Shown here: one piece after another, positions 1 to 8,611 of the stretch
Numbering within the stretch: position 1 is the first letter of the stretch
Layout: every line of letters starts with the position of its first letter
Assembly: GCA_902774215.1 (NCBI GenBank)
Contig: CACYHU010000058.1
Location: forward strand, 14,987-78,986
Source of the DNA: an uncultured Chloroflexota bacterium
GTDB lineage: Bacteria; Chloroflexota; Anaerolineae; Anaerolineales; Anaerolineaceae
Direction: 5' to 3'
Length of the DNA: 64,000 nucleotides
The notes under the pieces: generated by a model
Database searches by the model: none
What the model was told of the DNA's origin: nothing
The model's input: the letters and a program-made list of their open reading frames with translations, nothing else
Program-made: the position numbers and the translations under genes

Positions 1-294
1 ATCCGGTTTCAGTGAAAGGATCCTTTCGGCGTTTTCATCAACAATTATGGGAAGTTTATTCTCCCCCCAGACATCGTTGATGTTATTTATGTCCTGGACA
101 AGGATGCCTTCCGCGTTTTCAACCTTTGCGCTGCCGTCAAAAACGGCGCTGGAAAAAGCTATGGTTCTGCGTATACACAGCGGTACCGGAAGTTCTGACA
201 TGATGATCCGATAACCGCTGCGCCATAAACGCAGCGCAATGCCGGATGCAAGATCTCCGGCACCTTTGATGGCGATCAGTTGTTCCCGTTTCAT
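1..294 (-). CDS. yqeB: Selenium-dependent molybdenum hydroxylase system protein YqeB (5' part only; continues beyond window start)
   Basis: ATG at 294..292 is preceded by AAGGAG. The frame runs open to position 1. Translation MKREQLIAIKGAGDLASGIALRLWRSGYRIIMSELPVPLCIRRTIAFSSAVFDGSAKVENAEG matches the YqeB-family N-terminus (IRGAGDLA..G.A.RL, P..IRR.VAFSEAV.DG). Confidence 0.75.
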   Translation of the reverse strand, partial: MKREQLIAIKGAGDLASGIALRLWRSGYRIIMSELPVPLCIRRTIAFSSAVFDGSAKVENAEGILVQDINNINDVWGENKLPIIVDENAERILSLKPD

Positions 295-306
295 TTCAAC
301 TCCTTG

Positions 307-1014
307 TTAATGGATACATATAAAGTCGTAATGCTGCAAAAGCTCTGATATGGCTTTTCCAACGGTAATTCGTTCTTTTGTGTCCGCGTGTGTGAGATAA
401 GCAATGCGAAGTGCATTTGCAGGTATATTTTTCAGCCCGCCTTGTGGATCATCCAGAAGCTTCGCAATAGTTTCTGATGTGATCGTGTTATTTGGTTCAA
501 GGCCTGTTATTCTGGAGAAAACCTCAGGCCGGTGTACATATTCTGTGTTCAGCGGTTGGTTTATCACATCCAGCCCTGCCAGATAAAAGCACACATTGCA
601 TTCCTGCGGAATAACCGGTTCGTGTGCTGAAGGAGCTTTGATGTGGCGATTTGCTGCACCGTCAGTTTCTGCTATCAAAGACCAATTTTTATCCAGGCAT
701 ATTTTCGAAAGATGAGTGAATTCTTCGAAACCACAGCCTATGATTTTTTTGTTTTGCGGCTTCAATGTTGGGGAAACCCAGATGACCTTATCCGTTTTTT
801 CAGGCGGGAAGCCGTTGAGAGCGAAAATCTGATCCGCTGCTCTTATCTGATTCTCGCCTACTTTCGTGGTTGTCGTTGTAATAACAGAACCAGGAATAAT
901 TTTTGCAAGGCTGAACATCAATGTGGTTTTTCCGCCTGCTCCAGCTATGGAAATGACAGGATGTTCCGGTAGTAAGCCTGGAATGTCACTTAATTGAATT
1001 CGTTCAGGTTTCAT
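307..1014 (-). CDS. yqeC: Selenium-dependent molybdenum hydroxylase accessory protein YqeC (P-loop)
   Basis: Start is the internal ATG at 1014 (MKPERIQLSDIPG...) of track ORF 307..1110. Walker A motif ISIAGAGGKTTLM is present. The gene sits immediately downstream of yqeB. Confidence 0.75.
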   Translation of the reverse strand: MKPERIQLSDIPGLLPEHPVISIAGAGGKTTLMFSLAKIIPGSVITTTTTKVGENQIRAADQIFALNGFPPEKTDKVIWVSPTLKPQNKKIIGCGFEEFTHLSKICLDKNWSLIAETDGAANRHIKAPSAHEPVIPQECNVCFYLAGLDVINQPLNTEYVHRPEVFSRITGLEPNNTITSETIAKLLDDPQGGLKNIPANALRIAYLTHADTKERITVGKAISELLQHYDFICIH

Positions 1015-1234
1015 CGTCGGATATGATTCCCTGAATATCAAAAGGAAGTGTCTGGATGAATGTTTCAACCTTTTGACGATCATTTGGGTCAAAACGCACA
1101 CAGATCCCACAATCAGAGCTTACCTTCCTCGGTATCGGTGTAAGCCGGCAGCTGATGTCCCGTTTCTTCAGCGCTTTTTCGATACTGAAAGCGTGCCCGG
1201 AGGTGTGAACCAGCATGATCAATTCTTTGCCCAT
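1004..1234 (-). CDS. DUF3343-family small protein (putative Se/S carrier)
   Basis: 77-aa product MGKELIMLVHTSGHAFSIEKALKKRDISCRLTPIPRKVSSDCGICVRF. Size and Cys pattern are typical of DUF3343 proteins found in selenium clusters. It overlaps both neighbours by a few bp, consistent with an operon. Confidence 0.6.
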   Translation of the reverse strand: MGKELIMLVHTSGHAFSIEKALKKRDISCRLTPIPRKVSSDCGICVRFDPNDRQKVETFIQTLPFDIQGIISDDET

Positions 1235-2370
1235 GATTCCTCTGCAAGTGTTTTGCATGCTGTGATGCATATCCGGATATCTTCTTCAGTTGTGAACGGA
1301 GAAACGGCGAAACGGATCGTTCCATCGGGAAATGTGCCGAGTGTACGGTGCGCAAGAGGTGCACAGTGCAGCCCGATGCGGGTCATGATACCCCAGCGCT
1401 CTTCCAACTCCGAAGCTGCGGTCCCGTTGTCAAGGCCATCAATGGTGATGGAAAGTACCTGGCCTTCTCCGGAATATAAATGGATGCCAGGATGCTCCTG
1501 CAGACCGCTGCGGAGATTTCCAATCAGTTCGCTTCCATGCCGCGACAGGTTTTCGATGCCCTTTTCTTCTATCCATTGTAATCCCGCATTCAGCCCGGCA
1601 AGGCCGCAGATGTTTTGGGTCCCGCTTTCAAAACGGTCGGGAAGAAAGTCGGGCTGATCATAGCTTTCTGAAAGGCTCCCGGTTCCGCCCCGGATCAGAG
1701 GCATGACCTGATCTGTATCTACACGGGAACTGAAAATAACTCCACCGGTTCCTGTTGGCCCGTATAATCCTTTGTGACCGGTGAAGCAGAGAAAGTCAAT
1801 ATTGTCTTTTTCTATATTCAGCGGAAAATGTCCGGCAGATTGTGCGCAGTCTGCCAAAAGAAGAAGATTATTTTTATGTGCGATCCGCCCGATCTCACGC
1901 AACGGCTGTACGATACCGTTCACATTGGATTCATGACATATAACGATGAGCCTGGTGCTGCTTTGAATCTTGTTTGCTATTTCGGCTGGATTGATTTTTC
2001 CATCAGTTCCACCCGGCAAAATGTCACAGCTGATACCCATTGCTTTCAGCGGTCTCATAACGGCATTGTGTTCCATGGGGCTTATGAGAACATGGTCCCC
2101 CGGATGAAGTAAACCCCGCAGAATCAGGTTGATCGCCATTGTAATGTTTTGAGTGTAGCTTACGTGAAATGGATCTTTGCATCCGAAAAAAGATGCGGTC
2201 CGTTCACGTACCTCATAGAGCAGTTCACCTGCTGCCAAAGCCAGCCGATGTCCTCCGCGTCCCGGGTTTCCGCCGCAGCGATTTATTGCATTGCTTATGG
2301 CTTCTGAAACACTTTCCGGTTTAGGCCATGTTGTAGCTGCATTATCTAAGTAAATCATATCCGGTATCAT
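1219..2370 (-). CDS. Class V aminotransferase (cysteine desulfurase / selenocysteine-lyase-like), EF2568-type family that co-occurs with yqeB/yqeC
   Basis: MIYLDNAATTWPKP N-terminus. The PLP-lysine region reads FTGHKGLYGPTGTGG. The start is uncertain: the track starts at a TTG (2442), and in-frame ATGs lie at 2370 and 2358. Confidence 0.75.
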   Translation of the reverse strand: MIPDMIYLDNAATTWPKPESVSEAISNAINRCGGNPGRGGHRLALAAGELLYEVRERTASFFGCKDPFHVSYTQNITMAINLILRGLLHPGDHVLISPMEHNAVMRPLKAMGISCDILPGGTDGKINPAEIANKIQSSTRLIVICHESNVNGIVQPLREIGRIAHKNNLLLLADCAQSAGHFPLNIEKDNIDFLCFTGHKGLYGPTGTGGVIFSSRVDTDQVMPLIRGGTGSLSESYDQPDFLPDRFESGTQNICGLAGLNAGLQWIEEKGIENLSRHGSELIGNLRSGLQEHPGIHLYSGEGQVLSITIDGLDNGTAASELEERWGIMTRIGLHCAPLAHRTLGTFPDGTIRFAVSPFTTEEDIRICITACKTLAEESWAKN

Positions 2371-2451
2371 AAGGTTTGCCTGTATGAATTCCCGGGAGAA
2401 GGAATTCAAATCGAGAATTATTATACCTTTATCTGTGGTCAAACAGAAAAA

Positions 2452-2481
2452 CCTCCCCGAAAACGGGGAGGCTGTTTTTTT
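2452..2481. terminator. Hairpin CCTCCCC-gaaaac-GGGGAGG flanked by an A-run and a T-run, between tusA-like and the aminotransferase gene. It may terminate in both directions.
   Basis: Perfect 7-bp GC-rich stem, followed by CTGTTTTTTT on the plus strand and a T-rich tract on the minus strand. Confidence 0.5.
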
Positions 2482-2484
2482 GCT

Positions 2485-2712
2485 TTATTTTGAGATCGTA
2501 AGGATGATGTCTTCGCCTTGTTCCTCAATATTAACGTTGAATTTTTTACCCTGAGCCATGCGGCGGATATTTGCTTTTGCTGTTGCATTGTCAACAGTGA
2601 CCTGAATCGGGAAATTTCCCTCTTCAATGGCTTTCAGTGTCAAAAAAACCGGTTGAGGGCAGGAAAGTCCGCGTGCATCGATTGCCTTTGCTGCTTTTGT
2701 ATTATTTGCCAT
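2485..2712 (-). CDS. TusA-like sulfurtransferase domain protein (YedF N-domain-like)
   Basis: 75-aa product with the CPQP (CPxP) motif near the N-terminus (ARGLSCPQPVFLTLKA). Adjacent to yedE. Confidence 0.7.
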   Translation of the reverse strand: MANNTKAAKAIDARGLSCPQPVFLTLKAIEEGNFPIQVTVDNATAKANIRRMAQGKKFNVNIEEQGEDIILTISK

Positions 2713-2723
2713 TTTATTCCTCC

Positions 2724-3848
2724 TCAGTCAATTTTATCGCGGTTGGTGAGACCAATGATGATGCAAACGATCAGTCCCAGAATAACGGCTGCCATTGTCT
2801 GAGTGTTTGGCTGCCAGACTTTTGTTACGCCGTCGACGACACTGTTAGCTGCACCAGCCAAACCAAAGTTATGGCTGAATGCGGCGCCGGTGATCATTCC
2901 CAGTACAAAGATGCCTGCATCCATATCACCTTCACCACCGAGGAAAAGCTGACGTCCGGCACAGCCGCCGGCCAGTGTATATGCAAGGCCGGAAAGGATC
3001 ATGCCAAGCAGATTCCAAAGAAGGTTGCTGTGAGCGATCGGCATGTTGCTGTATCCGGGGTTGAACTGGCCAAGGACGAGATTGGTCAGAAATGCAAATA
3101 CACCAAGTGCAAGAACACCACTGACGAGATGCGTATCCTTGAACATAACCACATCACGGATCGCACCGACTGTGCAGAAACGGGTTCTCTGGGCAATAAA
3201 TCCAATAATCAATCCTGCACACAGCGAGATAATGAGAGGAGCGTGCATGGAGCCGGGACCGGATTCGCTGTTGAAGATCGGACCTGTTCCATCAGCGCCG
3301 AAACGCGGCTGCATGATTGCCAGAACAAGAAGTGCGATCATAATGCCGGGAAATGCCCATCCGGCAGCTTTTTTGCAGGTGTGACTTCTTCCGAGGTTAT
3401 ACCCGTTTTTCAGGAAGAAAATACCAATCAGGATACCGATTGCCAAGCCGATCAAACCAACCAGCCCATTCAGGTCTCCGCCGGCGAGACGGAACCATGC
3501 TCTCCATGGACAGCCAAGGAAAACCAGCGCACCGGTCATGGCAAAGAAACCAAGAATGAAGCGGACGATCGGAGCGGATCCGCCGCGTGCTTTGAACTCG
3601 TTAAAAAGCAACGCTGCTATCAGGGAACCGAGTACGAAGCCGATAATTTCCGGACGGATATATTGTACGACTGGTGCACGGTGCAGTCCCAGCGCACCTG
3701 CGATGTCACGTTCGAAACATGCAACACAAACCCCCATATTTTTGGGGTTGCCAAATTTTTGGAGCAGCGGCCCCAATATGCCGATCAATGCACCTGTGAC
3801 AACAATACCGACACGTGAACTAAAAAAATCAGTAATTTTATCTTTCAT
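2724..3848 (-). CDS. yedE: YedE/YeeE family membrane protein (putative selenium/thiosulfate transport)
   Basis: Polytopic protein of 374 aa with conserved Cys-containing loops (GVCVACF, LCAGLIIG, GGCAGRQ). It lies in a selenium gene context. Confidence 0.7.
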   Translation of the reverse strand: MKDKITDFFSSRVGIVVTGALIGILGPLLQKFGNPKNMGVCVACFERDIAGALGLHRAPVVQYIRPEIIGFVLGSLIAALLFNEFKARGGSAPIVRFILGFFAMTGALVFLGCPWRAWFRLAGGDLNGLVGLIGLAIGILIGIFFLKNGYNLGRSHTCKKAAGWAFPGIMIALLVLAIMQPRFGADGTGPIFNSESGPGSMHAPLIISLCAGLIIGFIAQRTRFCTVGAIRDVVMFKDTHLVSGVLALGVFAFLTNLVLGQFNPGYSNMPIAHSNLLWNLLGMILSGLAYTLAGGCAGRQLFLGGEGDMDAGIFVLGMITGAAFSHNFGLAGAANSVVDGVTKVWQPNTQTMAAVILGLIVCIIIGLTNRDKID

Positions 3849-3903
3849 AAAAGGATCCTTTCTTTTTTTACTCTATCAATTAAATATTTATTTTATAAGT
3901 ATT

Positions 3904-3931
3904 TTGAAATAATTCAAGTGATTGGTATAAT
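3904..3931 (+). promoter_or_regulatory. Candidate sigma70-type promoter for selD (TTGAAA -16 nt- TATAAT) in the divergent yedE/selD intergenic region
   Basis: TTGAAA at 3904-3909 and TATAAT at 3926-3931. This lies about 55 nt upstream of the selD RBS AGGAG (3977-3981). Confidence 0.4.
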
Positions 3932-3988
3932 TATCACAAAAATAATAATTGTGATTCGTTGTGTTTTGGATCAACAAGGAGAAAAAGC

Positions 3989-4975
3989 ATGAGCATAAAA
4001 TTGACAGAATTGGCCTTTTGTGCAGGTTGTGCTGCAAAATTAAGAGCGGAAGTTCTGATGGATGTGATCAATCCTTTCGGATCAGTTTTTAATCAGGAGG
4101 ATTATCCGGAATTACTGATTGGGCTGGAAAAAGCTGATGATGCGGCGGTATTGAAATTGAATGACGAGCAGGCTCTGGTTTTTACAACGGATTTTTTCCC
4201 ACCTCCAGTAGATGATCCTTATGATTACGGTGCGGTCGCGGCTGCGAACAGCATATCCGATATTTTTGCCATGGGCGGAAAACCTTTAATGGCACTGAAT
4301 GTTACCGCTTTGCCTGCTGATCTACCGAAGGATGTGATCTCGGAAATTTTTCGTGGCGGCGCTGAAAAAGCAAAAGAAGCCGGATGCCCGATCGTTGGCG
4401 GGCACACGATCCGCGATAATGAACCGAAGTACGGGCTTGCTGTAGTCGGTATGGTTCATCCGGATAAGATCCTCTATAAGGGGCATCTCAGCATTGGTGA
4501 TAAAATGGTTCTGTCCAAGCCTATCGGCTTTGGTGTGACGGTGACGGCCTCAAAAGTCGGACTGGCCGAGGAAGAAGACCTGCAGGCTGTGATCAAATGG
4601 ATGAAAACATTGAACAGGACTGCCTCTGAACTGGCGGTGGAGTTTGGCAGTCATTCCGGTACAGATGTGACAGGATTCAGTCTGATGGGACACAGCTGGG
4701 AGATGATCCGCGGGACGGATCTCGGATTGCGTTATGCCTATGATGACATTCCGTTCGTGCCGAATTACGAGAAATATATGGAAATGGGAATGTTCTCTGC
4801 CGGTGCCGATGAAAATCATCAGATGATGCTATTTGATCCCCAGACCAGCGGCGGACTGCTGCTGGGCATTCATCCGGATAAAATAGATGCCTTTATGCAG
4901 AAGGCTGATCGTTTGGGTCAGTTTGCACGTGTAATAGGAGAAGTGGTGCCAGAAAATGGAATAACTGTGGAATAA
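3989..4975 (+). CDS. selD: Selenide, water dikinase (selenophosphate synthetase), Cys-type active site
   Basis: MSIKLTELAFCAGCAAKL N-terminus (Cys rather than Sec at the catalytic position) with AIR-synthase-like fold motifs. RBS AGGAG lies 7 nt upstream of the ATG at 3989. Confidence 0.85.
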   Translation: MSIKLTELAFCAGCAAKLRAEVLMDVINPFGSVFNQEDYPELLIGLEKADDAAVLKLNDEQALVFTTDFFPPPVDDPYDYGAVAAANSISDIFAMGGKPLMALNVTALPADLPKDVISEIFRGGAEKAKEAGCPIVGGHTIRDNEPKYGLAVVGMVHPDKILYKGHLSIGDKMVLSKPIGFGVTVTASKVGLAEEEDLQAVIKWMKTLNRTASELAVEFGSHSGTDVTGFSLMGHSWEMIRGTDLGLRYAYDDIPFVPNYEKYMEMGMFSAGADENHQMMLFDPQTSGGLLLGIHPDKIDAFMQKADRLGQFARVIGEVVPENGITVE

Positions 4976-5087
4976 CTGTGGTTTGATGCCGTGTTATTTA
5001 CTGTATATTCATATTTTCAAACACAAATTTCATAAAAAAAGTATAATACGACAGGTTGAATGATTTTTGAAAGGAGATAATGATATT

Positions 5088-5636
5088 ATGAAAAAAATCA
5101 TTTTTGTTGTATTGGCTGTTTTTTTACTCAGCTTTGGTGTAATCTTTGCCCAGGAAACTGAAACAGAAGCAGCAAGTCTCACGTTCGCAACGATCGGGGA
5201 TATGATTTCATGGACAACCAAACCTCAGGAGATTTATGACCTGCTGAAGGAATATGATATTGAAGTCACTGCTGAGCAGGATGAGAAGTATGGAAAGACT
5301 ATAACCGCAGAAAAGGAATCAGAAGATGAATATTTTGGGTACGTCTTCTATTTCGATAATGAAACCGAAGCTCTGTGGGAAGTTGAATGTGTTTCTGTTT
5401 TGTATGATGGTGATATGGTTTTGCCTGCATTTGAAAAACTGTATAACGAATATGGTTTTGAAAATGCCGAACCCTATGAAAATGAAATACTGGCAAAATA
5501 TGCAGAAGATTTTGATGCGTCCTTTACCGCAGCAGGAGACAGTACGATTGCTTTGATTGCAGCAAGTGACGAGACTGAAGAATCATACGGAAAAGTTGCA
5601 TTGGTCCTGATCAATCGGGAATATTTCGAAAAATAA
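5088..5636 (+). CDS. Hypothetical secreted acidic protein
   Basis: Signal peptide MKKIIFVVLAVFLLSFGVIFAQE. RBS AAGGAG lies 11 nt upstream. No recognisable domain. Confidence 0.5.
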   Translation: MKKIIFVVLAVFLLSFGVIFAQETETEAASLTFATIGDMISWTTKPQEIYDLLKEYDIEVTAEQDEKYGKTITAEKESEDEYFGYVFYFDNETEALWEVECVSVLYDGDMVLPAFEKLYNEYGFENAEPYENEILAKYAEDFDASFTAAGDSTIALIAASDETEESYGKVALVLINREYFEK

Positions 5637-5656
5637 AAAATTAGAATAATCACCAT

Positions 5657-5688
5657 AAAAAAAACAGGCCAGCCAGCCTGTTTTTTTG
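5657..5688. terminator. Bidirectional rho-independent terminator (A-run, CAGGC-cagcca-GCCTG, T-run) between convergent genes
   Basis: AAAAAAACAGGCCAGCCAGCCTGTTTTTTT. Confidence 0.6.
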
Positions 5689-5701
5689 TGTCTAAGATGA
5701 T

Positions 5702-6712
5702 TTAATCTTCATCCTCATCTTCATCGGAGTCATACCCGTCATCCCAGTCATCATCGCTTCCATATTCGTCGATATCATCTTCGAAATTTCTTCCGTTCAA
5801 ATCATTGGGATCCAGATAAGCGAGATTATCGAAATCGTCATCTTCCGGTTCCGGTTCATATTCATCTTCAGAAGGCATGCCATATTGAGCAATGACCTGC
5901 TTGTAGATCCAGATCAGATTTCTTTTATGCAGATTTTCTGCCAGTCCACCAAGATAGACACGGCTTTTTCCACAGTCTTCCACATGAATGGTAGAAAGAA
6001 ATTCACCGGGATTCCGCTTGATACGTGCTTTTTCCCCGACTTCCTTCAGTTTATTCAGGTAATTGATATTTTCGCGCATAGCTTCTTCAATTTCACCGCG
6101 AAGAATGATATCTCCATGTCCCTGAATAATATTCTCAAGGCCCAGCGCGTCAATTTTTGTGTAAGTGTTCAAGGTATCGACAAAATTACCTTCAGAAAGA
6201 GCCGGAATCGGCATGAAAGCATCTCCGGCGAAGAGTATCCGGTCTTCTTCAACAAAAACGGAAATTCCATCATCAGTATGTCCCGGTGTGAGCATGATGA
6301 TCAGGTTTTTCTTGCCAACTTTCAGTGTGAGCTCTCCATCATTAAAAGTCAAATGAGGCAAAACAATATGAGAGTTTGCAAAGGAAGGGTTTTCCTGCTT
6401 TGTGGCTTCCAATGCGGCTGCACCGGATGTTGCAAGGTATTGCGCGCATTTTGTATGAGCAATTATTGTAGCTTCGGGAAAGAAGCAGTTCCCCCATGCA
6501 TGATCAGCATGTGAATGCGTGTCAATCAAATATCGAACGGGAACCTTAAGATCATTATCGATAAATTCCCGCATCTGTTGGGTTTCTTCAGGGAGGGCAA
6601 GGGTGTCAACTACAATCGCCCATTGAGGGCCAACAATAACACCCGCAGTAACTTGTGCATAGAGTTCGCTTTGCAGCCAATAAACGTTATCAGAAATCCG
6701 CTCTCTTTGCAT
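5702..6712 (-). CDS. MBL-fold metallo-hydrolase with a roughly 45-residue poly-acidic C-terminal tail
   Basis: THSHADHAWG metal-binding motif. The C-terminus reads DDDFDNLAYLDPNDLNGRNFEDDIDEYGSDDDWDDGYDSDEDEDED. Confidence 0.75.
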   Translation of the reverse strand: MQRERISDNVYWLQSELYAQVTAGVIVGPQWAIVVDTLALPEETQQMREFIDNDLKVPVRYLIDTHSHADHAWGNCFFPEATIIAHTKCAQYLATSGAAALEATKQENPSFANSHIVLPHLTFNDGELTLKVGKKNLIIMLTPGHTDDGISVFVEEDRILFAGDAFMPIPALSEGNFVDTLNTYTKIDALGLENIIQGHGDIILRGEIEEAMRENINYLNKLKEVGEKARIKRNPGEFLSTIHVEDCGKSRVYLGGLAENLHKRNLIWIYKQVIAQYGMPSEDEYEPEPEDDDFDNLAYLDPNDLNGRNFEDDIDEYGSDDDWDDGYDSDEDEDED

Positions 6713-6860
6713 TGATCAAAAACTCCGTACTCGTAATCGGTATTACAACCGCTTCCGTAAAAAACAAGATATAGGATAGCACAAATAATTAAAAAATGTG
6801 AGAAAAAGTGATAGTCATTTATTATACGGGTGATGTTTGTCAGTGATCAGAAGATAATAA

Positions 6861-6886
6861 TCAAAAAATCCGCCTTTCAGCGGATT
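6861..6886 (-). terminator. Rho-independent terminator downstream of the tRNA-Glu pair (minus strand)
   Basis: The minus strand reads GAATCCGC-tgaaag-GCGGATT followed by TTTTTG. Confidence 0.55.
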
Positions 6887-6889
6887 CAG

Positions 6890-6962
6890 CACCTCCAGAG
6901 AGATTCGAACTCTCGTTTTAACCTTGAAAGGGTTGCGTCCTGGTCCCCTAGACGATGGAGGC
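6890..6962 (-). tRNA. tRNA-Glu (anticodon UUC), copy 1
   Basis: Reverse complement GCCTCCATCGTCTAGGGGACCAGGACGCAACCCTTTCAAGGTTAAAACGAGAGTTCGAATCTCTCTGGAGGTG shows a cloverleaf with the CTTTCAA anticodon loop and the GTTCGAATC T-arm. It closely resembles E. coli tRNA-Glu. CCA is not encoded. Confidence 0.85.
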
Positions 6963-7002
6963 TCAATAATGAAATATTGTAAAAATCGTTTTCACGATTC
7001 AG

Positions 7003-7075
7003 CACCTCCAGAGAGATTCGAACTCTCGTTTTAACCTTGAAAGGGTTGCGTCCTGGTCCCCTAGACGATGGAGGC
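7003..7075 (-). tRNA. tRNA-Glu (anticodon UUC), copy 2 (identical tandem duplicate after a 40-nt spacer)
   Basis: Identical 73-nt sequence to copy 1. Confidence 0.85.
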
Positions 7076-7179
7076 TCAATTACTTAACGGTCAATATTCT
7101 ATCAGATATCCATATGTCCGTCAAGATATTGGATGAAATTTGTGATTATTATGTTCCCGTTATGTTTTGTGTTATACCC

Positions 7180-7812
7180 TCATAGTGTTTGATCTGTTTT
7201 TCTCAGAAGCAAATCTGCCGGCAGATTTTTCAGCTCGGGCGGAAGAAGATACTGTAATGTTTGCTGCAAAGAATATAGCTGAGTCAGTGAATCCCGTACA
7301 AGTGTCGAAGAGAAATCCTTGTAAACAGGAGGAACATGAATAACTGTCATGTGAAGAGAAGTCAGAAACGGGCTGTTCCTGATCACTTCCTCGCAATTAA
7401 TTTCTCCCCGATCCATACAGACAATACCAAATTCTTCTGCGATTTCAGGAATATTTTTCCATAGATGTTCCAGCTCCTGAAGCTTATCCGCACCAAGCAG
7501 CAGCGATGGTTCCTCACCAAGATCTCTCAGCATACAGAGCGTTTTATATGTTTTGGGCTGTTCTTTTTGTCTCATTTCAATATCGGTATATCGCATCCAG
7601 GATCGATTCTGTGCGATCTGCCTGAGCATATCAATCCGGTCCTGATCTGAAAACGCGAAGCTTTTATTCTGATCAAATGTGATATAGGTTGATTTAGATG
7701 GAACAAAGAGTACATCTCTTGCCTCTGTTGCCTGAAGAGTGATTTCTGCCAGATCGATATGTGCACGGGTCGGCGGGTTAAACGCTCCGAAAAAAGCAAG
7801 TGTTCGGGACAT
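7180..7812 (-). CDS. nadD: Nicotinate-nucleotide adenylyltransferase
   Basis: FFGAFNPPTRAHIDLAE (the G-x-F-N-P-x-H-x-x-H nucleotidyltransferase motif). Its start overlaps the nadE stop (ATGATG). Confidence 0.7.
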   Translation of the reverse strand: MSRTLAFFGAFNPPTRAHIDLAEITLQATEARDVLFVPSKSTYITFDQNKSFAFSDQDRIDMLRQIAQNRSWMRYTDIEMRQKEQPKTYKTLCMLRDLGEEPSLLLGADKLQELEHLWKNIPEIAEEFGIVCMDRGEINCEEVIRNSPFLTSLHMTVIHVPPVYKDFSSTLVRDSLTQLYSLQQTLQYLLPPELKNLPADLLLRKTDQTL

Positions 7813-8585
7813 CAATCCTCCGGAAAGGGATCAATGACAGGAGGTTTGACTCTTTTATGTGCTGAAGATGCTTCTTTGGACTTGATTTTTGCATCTGTTT
7901 CCGCATCACCGCTTGAGCCCAGACGGATATAATCGTGGATCGCCTGGTAGGTGATCCCAAGTTTTTCCTCATCACTCATGCCGGATAGTCCGTCTGTCGG
8001 TGTTTTCTTTACCAGGTGTCTGGGAAGTTCCGGCAAAGTCAAACCAACTTCGACTACTTCAATGCTTGTCAGATCAAGCAGAAGTGCGAAATCGCAGGAA
8101 GTGTCCCCATCCTTTGTGCAGTAACCGACTGTAGATTCTGAGAGATTACCTGTGCCTACAAGGCGTGCACCAAGATATTGTGCAATATAGCGCAGTGTAG
8201 TCATACGCAGACGAGGCCCGACATTAACATTACTTTCTTTATCAAAGCTGACATTAAATTCGCTGTCTGCCGGATCATTGAAGCAAAGATTTTCCAAAAG
8301 GGCTTCATGCATTTTTCCGATATTGACAGTCTTTTTATTGATGCCGAGCACCTTACAAACTTCGATGGAATCCGCAATATCTTTTTGTTCTCCGTCCGGC
8401 AGCATAACGCCGTAAACATTTTCTTTTCCAAGTGCTCTTGCGCAGATTGCAGCACAAACCGTGGAGTCTTTGCCGCCGGATATGCCAATAACAACCTTGG
8501 AGAAGTTTTGTTTCTCTGCCAGTTCCGCGACACCTTTTACAAGATTATCCCGTGCAAGTTCTGCGTTGAATGAATATTTTTTCAT
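7812..8585 (-). CDS. nadE: NH3-dependent NAD+ synthetase
   Basis: PP-loop GISGGKDS, about 257 aa. Confidence 0.8.
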   Translation of the reverse strand: MKKYSFNAELARDNLVKGVAELAEKQNFSKVVIGISGGKDSTVCAAICARALGKENVYGVMLPDGEQKDIADSIEVCKVLGINKKTVNIGKMHEALLENLCFNDPADSEFNVSFDKESNVNVGPRLRMTTLRYIAQYLGARLVGTGNLSESTVGYCTKDGDTSCDFALLLDLTSIEVVEVGLTLPELPRHLVKKTPTDGLSGMSDEEKLGITYQAIHDYIRLGSSGDAETDAKIKSKEASSAHKRVKPPVIDPFPED

Positions 8586-8611
8586 ATTATTTCTTCCTTT
8601 TGTTAAAAATC

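Noticed and set aside
2518-3818. Plus-strand ORFs (94 and 393 aa) opposite yedE and the TusA-like gene
   Set aside because: They are antisense to strongly supported selenium-cluster genes. They have odd composition (Cys/Thr/Asp-rich) and no RBS.
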